From Squalus acanthias (taxonomy: Eukaryota), in assembly GCA_030390025.1 (NCBI GenBank), contig CM059438.1, positions 59,646,001-59,710,000 of the forward strand: DNA of 64,000 bases, read 5' to 3'. Shown in pieces: positions 51,901-62,474 of the stretch (position 1 is the stretch's first letter; each line of letters begins with the position of its first letter). A program made the translations under genes and the position numbers. A model generated the notes under the pieces. That model had not been told where the DNA came from, searched no databases, and saw nothing but the letters and a program-made list of their open reading frames with translations.

Positions 51901-54900
51901 ACTGACTGGAATATTAATCACACACTGACTGGAATATTAATCACACACTGACAGGAATATTAATCACACACTGACTGGAATATTAATCACACACTGACTG
52001 GAATATTAATCACACACTGACTGGAATATTAATCACACTGGAATATTAATCACACACTGACTGGAATATTAATCACACACTGACTGGAATATTAATCACA
52101 CACTGACAGGAATATTAATCACACACTGACTGGAATATTAATCACACACTGACTGGAATATTAATCACACACTGACTGGAATATTAATCACACACTGACT
52201 GGAATATTAATCACACACTGACTGGAATATTAATCACACACTGACAGGAATATTAATCACACACTGACAGGAATATTAATCACACACTGACTGGAATATT
52301 AATCACACACTGACAGGAATATTAATCACACACTGACTGGAATATTAATCACACTGGAATATTAATCACACACTGACTGGAATATTAATCACACACTGAC
52401 TGGAATATTAATCACACACTGACAGGAATATTAATCACACACTGACAGGAATATTAATCACACTGGAATATTAATCACACACTGACTGGAATATTAATCA
52501 CACACTGACTGGAATATTAATCACACACTGACAGGAATATTAATCACACACTGACAGGAATATTAATCACACACTGACTGGAATATTAATCACACACTGA
52601 CAGGAATATTAATCACACACTGACTGGAATATTAATCACACTGGAATATTAATCACACACTGACTGGAATATTAATCACACACTGACTGGAATATTAATC
52701 ACACACTGACTGGAATATTAATCACACACTGACTGGAATATTAATCACACACTGACAGGAATATTAATCACACACTGACTGGAATATTAATCACACACTG
52801 ACTGGAATATTAATCACACACTGACTGGAATATTAATCACACACTGACTGGAATATTAATCACACACTGACTGGAATATTAATCACACACTGACTGGAAT
52901 ATTAATCACACACTGACAGGAATATTAATCACACACTGACTGGAATATTAATCACACACTGACAGGAATATTAATCACACACTGACTGGAATATTAATCA
53001 CACTGGAATATTAATCACACACTGACTGGAATATTAATCACACACTGACTGGAATATTAATCACACACTGACTGGAATATTAATCACACACTGACAGGAA
53101 TATTAATCACACTGGAATATTAATCACACACTGACTGGAATATTAATCACACTGGAATATTAATCACACACTGACTGGAATATTAATCACACACTGACTG
53201 GAATATTAATCACACACTGACTGGAATATTAATCACACTGGAATATTAATCACACACTGACTGGAATATTAATCACACACTGACTGGAATATTAATCACA
53301 CACTGACTGGAATATTAATCACACACTGACAGGAATATTAATCACACACTGACTGGAATATTAATCACACTGGAATATTAATCACACACTGACTGGAATA
53401 TTAATCACACACTGACTGGAATATTAATCACACACTGACTGGAATATTAATCACACACTGACAGGAATATTAATCACACACTGACTGGAATATTAATCAC
53501 ACACTGACAGGAATATTAATCACACACTGACTGGAATATTAATCACACTGGAATATTAATCACACACTGACTGGAATATTAATCACACACTGACTGGAAT
53601 ATTAATCACACACTGACTGGAATATTAATCACACACTGACAGGAATATTAATCACACACTGACTGGAATATTAATCACACACTGACTGGAATATTAATCA
53701 CACACTGACTGGAATATTAATCACACACTGACAGGAATATTAATCACACACTGACTGGAATATTAATCACACACTGACTGGAATATTAATCACACACTGA
53801 CTGGAATATTAATCACACACTGACTGGAATATTAATCACACACTGACAGGAATATTAATCACACTGGAATATTAATCACACACTGACAGGAATATTAATC
53901 ACACACTGACTGGAATATTAATCACACACTGACAGGAATATTAATCACACACTGACTGGAATATTAATCACACACTGACAGGAATATTAATCACACACTG
54001 ACTGGAATATTAATCACACTGGAATATTAATCACACACTGACTGGAATATTAATCACACACTGACTGGAATATTAATCACACACTGACTGGAATATTAAT
54101 CACACACTGACAGGAATATTAATCACACACTGACTGGAATATTAATCACACTGACTGGAATATTAATCACACACTGACTGGAATATTAATCACACACTGA
54201 CTGGAATATTAATCACACACTGACAGGAATATTAATCACACACTGACTGGAATATTAATCACACACTGACTGGAATATTAATCACACACTGACTGGAATA
54301 TTAATCACACACTGACAGGAATATTAATCACACACTGACTGGAATATTAATCACACACTGGAATATTAATCACACACTGACTGGAATATTAATCACACAC
54401 TGACTGGAATATTAATCACACACTGACAGGAATATTAATCACACACTGACTGGAATATTAATCACACACTGACAGGAATATTAATCACACACTGACTGGA
54501 ATATTAATCACACACTGACTGGAATATTAATCACACACTGACTGGAATATTAATCACACACTGACTGGAATATTAATCACACACTGACTGGAATATTAAT
54601 CACACACTGACTGGAATATTAATCACACACTGACAGGAATATTAATCACACACTGACTGGAATATTAATCACACACTGACAGGAATATTAATCACACACT
54701 GACTGGAATATTAATCACACTGGAATATTAATCACACACTGACTGGAATATTAATCACACACTGACTGGAATATTAATCACACACTGACTGGAATATTAA
54801 TCACACACTGACTGGAATATTAATCACACACTGACTGGAATATTAATCACACACTGACTGGAATATTAATCACACACTGACTGGAATATTAATCACACAC

Positions 54901-56700
54901 TGACAGGAATATTAATCACACACTGACTGGAATATTAATCACACACTGACAGGAATATTAATCACACACTGACTGGAATATTAATCACACTGGAATATTA
55001 ATCACACACTGACTGGAATATTAATCACACACTGACTGGAATATTAATCACACACTGACTGGAATATTAATCACACACTGACTGGAATATTAATCACACA
55101 CTGACTGGAATATTAATCACACACTGACTGGAATATTAATCACACACTGACAGGAATATTAATCACACACTGACTGGAATATTAATCACACACTGACTGG
55201 AATATTAATCACACACTGACTGGAATATTAATCACACACTGACTGGAATATTAATCACACACTGACTGGAATATTAATCACACACTGACAGGAATATTAA
55301 TCACACACTGACAGGAATATTAATCACACACTGACAGGAATATTAATCACACACTGACTGGAATATTAATCACACTGGAATATTAATCACACACTGACTG
55401 GAATATTAATCACACACTGACTGGAATATTAATCACACACTGACTGGAATATTAATCACACTGGAATATTAATCACACACTGACTGGAATATTAATCACA
55501 CACTGACTGGAATATTAATCACACACTGACTGGAATATTAATCACACACTGACAGGAATATTAATCACACTGGAATATTAATCACACACTGACTGGAATA
55601 TTAATCACACACTGACTGGAATATTAATCACACACTGACAGGAATATTAATCACACACTGACTGGAATATTAATCACACACTGACTGGAATATTAATCAC
55701 ACACTGACTGGAATATTAATCACACACTGACTGGAATATTAATCACACACTGGAATATTAATCACACACTGACTGGAATATTAATCACACACCGACTGGA
55801 ATATTAATCACACACTGACTGGAATATTAATCACACACTGACAGGAATATTAATCACACACTGACTGGAATATTAATCACACACTGACTGGAATATTAAT
55901 CACACACTGACTGGAATATTAATCACACTGGAATATTAATCACACACTGACTGGAATATTAATCACACACTGACAGGAATATTAATCACACACCGACTGG
56001 AATATTAATCACACACTGACTGGAATATTAATCACACTGGAATATTAATCACACTGGAATATTAATCACACTGGAATATTAATCACACACTGACAGGAAT
56101 ATTAATCACACACCGACTGGAATATTAATCACACACTGACTGGAATATTAATCACACTGGAATATTAATCACACTGGAATATTAATCACACTGGAATATT
56201 AATCACACACTGACTGGAATATTAATCACACACTGACTGGAATATTAATCACACTGGAATATTAATCACACTGGAATATTAATCACACACCGACTGGAAT
56301 ATTAATCACACACTGACTGGAATATTAATCACACACTGACTGGAATATTAATCACACACTGACTGGAATATTAATCACACTGGAATATTAATCACACACT
56401 GACTGGAATATTAATCACACACTGACTGGAATATTAATGACACACTGACTGGAATATTAATCACACACTGACTGGAATATTAATCACACACTGACTGGAA
56501 TATTAATCAGACACTGACAGGAATATTAATCACTCACTGACTGGTATATTAATCACACACTGACTGGAATATTAATCACACACCGACTGGAATATTAATC
56601 AGACACTGACTGGTATATTAATCAAACACCAACTGATATATTAATCAGACACTGACTGGTATATTAATCACACACTGACTGATATATTAATAACACACTC
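3969..56700. repeat. 23-bp AT-rich satellite array, consensus CACACACTGACTGGAATATTAAT, about 2,300 units
   Basis: Uninterrupted head-to-tail array. The main variants are GACTGG>GACAGG and 21-, 19- and 17-bp deletion units (e.g. CACACTGGAATATTAAT). It decays into unique sequence over ~56430-56710. Confidence 0.99.
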
Positions 56701-56859
56701 ACTATTATATATGCAGACACTGCACCGTTTATGAAATAGACTTTGATGAATCTATCTTACAGGACGTTGTATAGTTAGAGATAGGTTTATGACACTGTGG
56801 TCTCACATTTAATGTAGTTATATGTACAGATACTCACTGTTATATTACACTGCCTTCAG

Positions 56860-57231
56860 CGGGCTCTCCTCCACCAGAAAAGGCAGCAGAGGAACCAGCT
56901 GGCGAGGCACCTGCTGGCGAGGAGAAAGCTGGCGAGACACCAGCTGGCGAGACACCAGCTGGCGAGGCGATAGCTGGCGAGGCGATAGCTGGCGAGGCAC
57001 CAGCTGGCGAGGCGATAGCTGGCGAGGCGATAGCTGGTGAGGAGAAAGCTGGCGAGACACCAGCTGCCGAGGGGAAAGCTGGCGAGGCACCAGCTGGCGA
57101 GGGGAAAGCTGGCGAGGCACCAGCTGGCGAGGCGATAGCTGGCGAGGAGAAAGCTGGCGAGGAGAAAGCTGGCGAGGCACCTGCTGCCAAGGGGAAAGCT
57201 GGCGAGGCAAAGGCTGCAGCGCCAGAGACAG
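56860..57231 (+). CDS. Probable internal coding exon (372 bp, phase 1-1) of an unidentified host gene, encoding a low-complexity Ala/Gly/Glu/Pro-rich segment: xGSPPPEKAAEEP(AGExx-type)21AAAPET
   Basis: Branch-like TACTCAC at 56831-56837, then an AG-free stretch ending in the acceptor ...tgccttcAG (AG 56858-59). The donor is CAG|GTAAAT (GT 57232-33). Length is 124x3, the frame starting GGC at 56862 has no stop, and the block is a purine-rich GC island in AT-rich flanks. There is no in-frame upstream ATG (stop at 56790-92), consistent with an internal exon. Confidence 0.7.
56898..57212 (+). repeat. 15-bp tandem repeat GCTGGCGAGNNNNNN, 21 copies, inside the putative exon
   Basis: 315 bp = 21x15 with no indels. 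The variable hexamer takes the forms GCACCA/GCACCT, ACACCA, GCGATA, GAGAAA, GGGAAA and GCAAAG. Confidence 0.95.
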
Positions 57232-57369
57232 GTAAATCACCAGCTAAAACACACCACCCAGGAACATACCCACAGCGCAAGAGAGCAACTTTAGACTTAC
57301 AAAGAGTAATGAGGGCCGAGTGACATTGACTGGGCTATGAGAAATACTGACAAGGTAAAAAGAAAGGTG

Positions 57370-57569
57370 CAGACTGGGGGTTATACACACCAATACTGTC
57401 TGAGTAATGCACACACCAATCCTAACTGGGGAGTAATTCACACCTTTACTGAATGGGGACAAATCTACCCCTATACTGAATAGTGGCATTACTACAGCTT
57501 AATACTGACTGATGTAATATTCACCGATTCCGACTGAGTAATGCACACCAATACTGACTGGGTAGTAAC
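57370..57569 (+). repeat. Degenerate ~25-bp ATACTGACTG-core minisatellite remnant
   Basis: Spaced motifs CACACCAATACTGTCTGAGTAAT, CACACCAATCCTAACTGGGGGAGTAAT, AATACTGACTGATGTAAT and CACACCAATACTGACTGGGTAGTAAC. Confidence 0.7.
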
Positions 57570-59150
57570 AAGAACATAAGAACATAAGAAATAAGAGCAG
57601 GAGTAGGCCATTCAGCCCTTCGAGACTTCTCCGCCATTCAATAAGATCAGGGCTGATCTTCTACCTCAACTCCATTTTCCTGCCCTATCCCCATATCTCT
57701 TCATTCCCTTAGTAATCCAAAAATCTGTCGATCTCAGTCTTGAATATACTCAACGACTGTGCATCCAGAGCTCTCTGGCGTAGAGAATTCCAAAGATTCA
57801 CAACCCTTTGAGTGAAGAAATTTTTCCTTATCTCAGTCCTAAATGGCCAACCCCTTATTCTGAGACTGTGACCCTCTAGTTAAAGATTCTCCAGCCAGGG
57901 GAAACTCAATCTCATCCCCTAGGACAATCCCCCCATCCCAGGAATCAGTCTGGTGAACCTTCGTTGCACTCCCTCTGAGGTAAGTTTATCCTTCCTTCGG
58001 TAAGGAGACCAAAACTGTACACAATACTCCAGGTGTGGTCTCACCAAGGCCCTATATAATTGCAGTAAGACATCTTGGGGTAGAAATTAGGTCGCGCCCC
58101 ATTTGGGGCGCAAATATCGTCTGGACGCAAATATTAGCGCCTGGCGCTAATTATCGGCACTGACTGGAAACTTCACTTTTACCGCCCCGGGAGGTGAGTG
58201 GAGCGCTAAAGCAGGCGCTGCACACCTGTCTTAAGGCGCAAAGGCCAAGGAGTGAGGCGCTAACTCAGAGCGCTGGCGAAGCTCATGTAATGTCAGTCAG
58301 CAATGGAACACACACACAATGGCACGGGCCAGTTCTTAAAGGGGATGGTTAATCTTGCTTTCCATCCACATCCTGTTCATTGCAGCCTTGAATCTCGGCC
58401 TGGAGAGACTTGCACATCAAATGTGCTGGAAAGAACAATGGAGAGTACCAGGCAAAGAGCTCAGAGTGCAGCTCCCACGGTCTCTGCTAAATCGATACAA
58501 GGAATGGCAAATCAAAATGAACCTGCAAAGTGCTGCTCAGTACCCAAAACTCCTTCACACAACGTTGAATCTCTCCAGAAGTCTCTCCCTCTCTCTCTCA
58601 GAATGCGTAGTTCAAAAATGCCACCAACAATAAAAGACAAGAAGAGGCCCCCTTTAAATAGCGCCCCCCCCCAGCCCCACAGCGATTGATAGCGTTCCAG
58701 TCTTCTGGTCGTTGGATGCGCCAGGCGGTAAGGCAGGGGGCGCCACTCAATTTCCGCTCCGGGGCGCCACAAGGGCGTTGCACCATGGAATGACGTCACA
58801 ATCTGCGCGCGCAGGTGGTCGCAGCGGTAAGTTTTAGCGCCGCCGCACAATCTCAAGTTAAGTTCTCGAGCGGCGCAAACATCGCTGCGCCCGGGCGTTA
58901 GCGGCTTTGCGCCCCATTAGCGCCCTCTTAAGGCGCTAACGGGAGGCGCAACCAACTGAATTTTTACCCCCTTAACTCTTATACTCCAATCCTTTTGTAA
59001 TATGGGCTAACATACCATTTGCTTTCCTAATTGCTTGCTGTACCTGCATGTTAACTTTCTGTGATTCGTGTAAAACGACACCCAGGTCCCGCTGAATACC
59101 AACATTTCCCAGTCTCTCACCATTTAAATATTATTCTGCTTTTCTATTTT
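57570..59150 (-). mobile_element. 5'-truncated CR1 LINE (ORF2 C-terminus, 3'UTR and microsatellite tail), interrupted by a DNA element at 58077-58970
   Basis: Minus-strand translation gives ...YLNGERLGNVGIQRDLGVVLHESQKVNMQVQQAIRKANGMLAHITKGLEYKS*DVLLQLYRALVRPHLEYCVQFWSP..., a CR1 ORF2 C-terminal signature. The 8-bp tail (ATGTTCTT)n appears as AAGAACAT repeats at 57570-57590. GTAAC on both sides (57565-69, 59151-55) is a possible TSD. Confidence 0.93.
58077..58970. mobile_element. Non-autonomous PIF/Harbinger-type DNA transposon (MITE), 894 bp
   Basis: TIRs are GGGGTAGAAATT (58077-88) and AATTTTTACCCC (58959-70), an 11/12 match. The 3-bp TSD is CTT (58074-76, 58971-73). Removing the element and one CTT restores the CR1 frame (EYKS*DV). 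The subterminal arms are CpG/GGCGC-rich. Confidence 0.88.
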
Positions 59151-59155
59151 GTAAC

Positions 59156-59390
59156 CAGTATAGTTGTTTATTACTCCCCAGTCAGTGCTGATGGTCATTA
59201 CGAAGTCAGTATCAGAGTGTATTACCCTCAGTCAGTATAAATGTGTTTCCCCCCACCCCCCCAGTCAGTATCGCTCTGCATTATTGGAATACACACTGAT
59301 ACTAACTGTTAGTAAAATGCACCAATACTAACTGGGTAGTAATAAACACCAAAAATTACTGGGGAGTAGCACACTCTGATATTAATTCAA
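59156..59390. repeat. Degenerate ATACTGACTG-core minisatellite remnant; first part inverted, second part forward
   Basis: CAGTCAGTAT/CCCCAGTCAGT motifs at ~59175-59272 (reverse orientation) are followed by ATACTAACTG and TTACTGGGGAGTA motifs at ~59299-59370 (forward). Confidence 0.65.
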
Positions 59391-61299
59391 CTTAGAGGAT
59401 ACAACATGGTAGCCATTACTGAGACATGGCTGCAAGACAGTCAATACTGGGAACTAAATATACCAGGTTATAAGGTCTACAGGAAGGATAGGGAAAAAGG
59501 TAGTGGGGGAGGAGTAGCCTTAGTGATTAAGGATGAAATCACTTCAATAAGAGAGGATATGACAAGAGGTAAGCAGGAAGTGGAGACTTTATGGGTAGAA
59601 CTAAGAAATAGAAAAGGATTTAAGACTGTAATGGGAGTTGTGTATTGGCCTCCCTGGTAGCAGCTGCGAAATGGCAGAATGTATAAATGCAGAGATTAGA
59701 CAAGCATGTAGTAAAGGCAGAGTGGTTTTAATGGGAGCTTTTAACTTCCATATAGATTGAGATAAGCAAACAAGCTCATGTCTGAAAAGTAACAAGTTTT
59801 TTGAGTGTCTTCAGGACAGTTTTCTGCAACAATATGTCCTAGAACCAACAAGGGGGCAGGGTATATTAGATTTAATACTGAGCAATGAGCCAGATTTAGT
59901 TAACAGCCTAACTGTGCATGAACATTTATTTAATAGCGATTATAATATGATTGAGTTCAACGTTGTGTTTGAAAGGGGGAAACGCGAAACAGCGACTAAG
60001 ATTCTAGATTTAGGTAAGGCCGACTTCAATGCGATGAGGCAGAGACTGTCCACAGTAAACTAGGCAAATCTGTTAATGGGTAAAACGACAGAAGATCAAT
60101 GAGAGGTGTTCAAAAAGGAATTTAAAGTGATACAGGCCAGTTTATACCCCCAAGGGGCAAGAGCTCTTCTTGCCAAAAAAATCAGCTATGGTAAAACCAC
60201 AACATAAAACTAAAAGAAAAGAAAAAGCATACAAGAATGCAAAAAATAGCACAAATCCTGGCGAATGGGAGATCTACAAAGAACAGCAAAGGGTGACAAA
60301 ACAGATAGTAAAAGCCACAAAAAGGAAATATGAAAAGAAACTTGCAAGGGATATCAAAATCAACACAAAAAACTTTTACAATTGTATTAGGGAAAAGAGG
60401 GAGGTTAAGAGCAAAGTGGGCCCCTTAAAAACTGATAATGGTGATATTATAAATGAAAAATACGGAAATGGCGGACATGTTCAAAAATTACTTTGCGTCA
60501 GTATTTACAGTAGAGGAAAAGGATAGCATGCCGGACACCCCAAGGAAATTAATTTTAAATCAGGGACAGGGATTTACCATAGTTAACGGAAGCAAATTAA
60601 CAGTAATGAAGAAAATAATGGCACTAAAGAGTGACAAACCCTCAGGACCAGATGGTTTTCATCCCAGGGATTTAAAGGAAGTAGGTGAGAACATTGCAGA
60701 TGCCCGAACTATAATCTTCCAAAGTTCTCTCAATTCGGGAACCATTCCTTTAGATTGGAAAATTGCGCATGTCACTCTGCTATTTAAGAATGGTGAGAGA
60801 GGGAAACCAGAGAATTATAGACCAGTTAGCCTAACATCTGTTGTCGGGAAATGATTAAGGTCTATAATTAAGGCTAGGGTGCCTGAACACCTCGAAACTT
60901 TTCAGCTGATCAGTGTGGATTTGTAAAGGGTTGGTCATACCTGACGAACCTGATTCAATTTTTTGAAGAAGTGACTAAAGTAGTGGACAGGGGAATGTCT
61001 ATGGATGTTATTTATAAGGGACTTTCAGAAGTCATTCGATAAAGTCCCTCAGAAGAGACTTTTAGGTAAAGTTGCAGCTTATGGAGATTGACTGAGTGGC
61101 AGGAGACAGAGAGTAGGGATAATGGGCAGGTACACCAACTGGCATTCCACAGGGATCTGTTTGGGGCCTCAACTATTCACTGTATTTATTAACCACTTAG
61201 ATGATGGGATGGAGAGCCACATATCCAAGTTTTAGAATGACACAAAGATCGGCGACTTTGTAAGCAGTGTAGATGGAAGCATAAAATTACAAAGAGATA

Positions 61300-62036
61300 G
61301 GGCTGGATTTAGCCAGCGGAGGCGGGTTCGTGGTGGGAGACGTGGTTGGCGGGTTCCGATCCCGGTCCCGTTCCCGGCTGCAGCCCCTCTGTGAAAAGGA
61401 TTTTACATTAACAGGGCTTGTAAAGCCCGCCCTGCAGGGTTCCCGGCCAATTAAAAGGAAGCCGGTCTGATGACGTCATTTGATGACGCATCATCAGCCG
61501 GGTTCCTTAAAGGGACCATGGCCGCTTTCATTTTGACATTTGTGCTTTCAGTGTTCTGCAGCATTGAGGTGCTGCAAACACAGACAAGCACTGCACAAAG
61601 GTGGACGCTTGCACCCAGGCTTTTGCATGACTCCCTCCATATGCTTATGGAGGGAGTCACAGCACGCAGGAAGGTTCTCTTCCCTTCCAAGGGCGGAAGA
61701 GACCTCCTCAGCACACCAACGCAGCCTGGTTGCACATTGCACAGGAGGACACAAGCAGGGATGTCGTTAGGAGGACCAGGCTACAGTGGCACAAACCTTT
61801 CAATGATCTCAGTAGTTCACGAAACGTTACTGCAAAGCCACACTCAACCTCATCCTGCTGTGCCTCTCATCCCATCCCCATCACTCTGCATTCCCTAGCC
61901 TAATCCTGCACATCCTTACTCACACCAACTTACCTTGTACCTCCACCTATCCCTCTCTATCTATATTAACACATCCCCATCTCACTAGCCACCCCTCACA
62001 TTTACCCTCATCCTAGTGCAATCATTCCAACTAACA
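61300..62036 (+). mobile_element. Left portion of a PIF/Harbinger-type DNA transposon (right end deleted)
   Basis: Abrupt GC/CpG-rich start GGGCTGGATTT directly after CR1 codons LQRD. It carries a Myb/SANT remnant followed by a C-rich tract. No matching right TIR is seen before CR1 resumes. Confidence 0.75.
61611..61822 (+). pseudogene. Frameshifted Myb/SANT-like (trihelix, MSANTD/NAIF1-type) DNA-binding domain of a Harbinger ORF
   Basis: APRLLHDSLHMLMEGVTARRKVLFPSKG, then a frameshift at ~61693, then RKRPPQHTNAAWLHIAQEDTSRDVVRRTRLQWHKPFNDLS. This fits the family pattern W..IA.......RT..QC.K.(W/F)NDL. Confidence 0.75.
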
Positions 62037-62474
62037 ACACAGTTAGACCACACCTGGAGTACTGTGAGCAGTTCAGGGCACCAAACCTTAGGAAGGATAT
62101 ATTGGCCATGGAGGGAGGTTTACCAGAAAGATACCTGGAATCCAGGGGTTACATTACAAGGAGAGATTACACAAACTAGGGTTGTGTTCCCAGGAGTTTA
62201 GAAGATTAACGGGTGATTTTATCGAAGTTTTCAAGATATTAAGGGGATAGGGCAGATAGAGAGAAATTATTTCTGCTGCTCGGGGAGTCTCGGACTTGGG
62301 GACAGAGCCTAAAAATTAGAGCCAGACCTTTCAGGAGTGAAGTTAGGAAACACTTCTACACACAAAGGATGGTAACAGTTTGGAATCCTCTTCCACAAAC
62401 GGGAGTTGATGCTGGAACAATTGTTAATTTTAAATATGAGATTAATAGACACTAATTGGAGAGTAAAATATACC

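Larger units (their letters stand above)
59390..62450 (+). mobile_element. Degraded CR1 LINE ORF2 (APE endonuclease plus reverse transcriptase), with multiple stops, frameshifts and deletions; interrupted at 61300-62036
   Basis: EN motifs MVAITETWL, IPGYKVYRKDR..GGGVAL, MGAFNF, LDLILSN and SDYNMI. RT motifs KPSGPDG, NYRPVSLTSVVGK, GFVKG.SYLTNL, DFQKSFDKVP, IPQGS, and a degraded FADD region followed by DTKI. The C-terminus VRPHLEYC resumes at ~62042. No 3' tail is visible. Confidence 0.95.

Noticed and set aside
3969..56700. CRISPR array or telomere repeat
   Set aside because: There are no unique spacers, no cas genes and no TTAGGG; it is a pure head-to-tail satellite.
3969..56700. Centromere assignment, or a coded message in the T/A variant pattern
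   Set aside because: A centromere cannot be inferred without CENP-A data. The variant order is adequately explained by local duplication and consensus noise.
56822..57280. Listed ORFs 56822-57040(+), 56840-57280(-) and 56845-57240(-)
   Set aside because: These are alternative frames of the 15-bp repeat. The AGExx frame is the one bounded by in-phase splice sites.
58303..58856. Four short ORFs within the MITE
   Set aside because: No recognisable domain, and they overlap on both strands. MESTRQRA may be a Myb-ORF start remnant, but this is unsupported.
59406..62201. ORFs 59406, 60170, 60453 and 62016 as host genes
   Set aside because: They are fragments or off-frame readings of a degraded CR1 ORF2.
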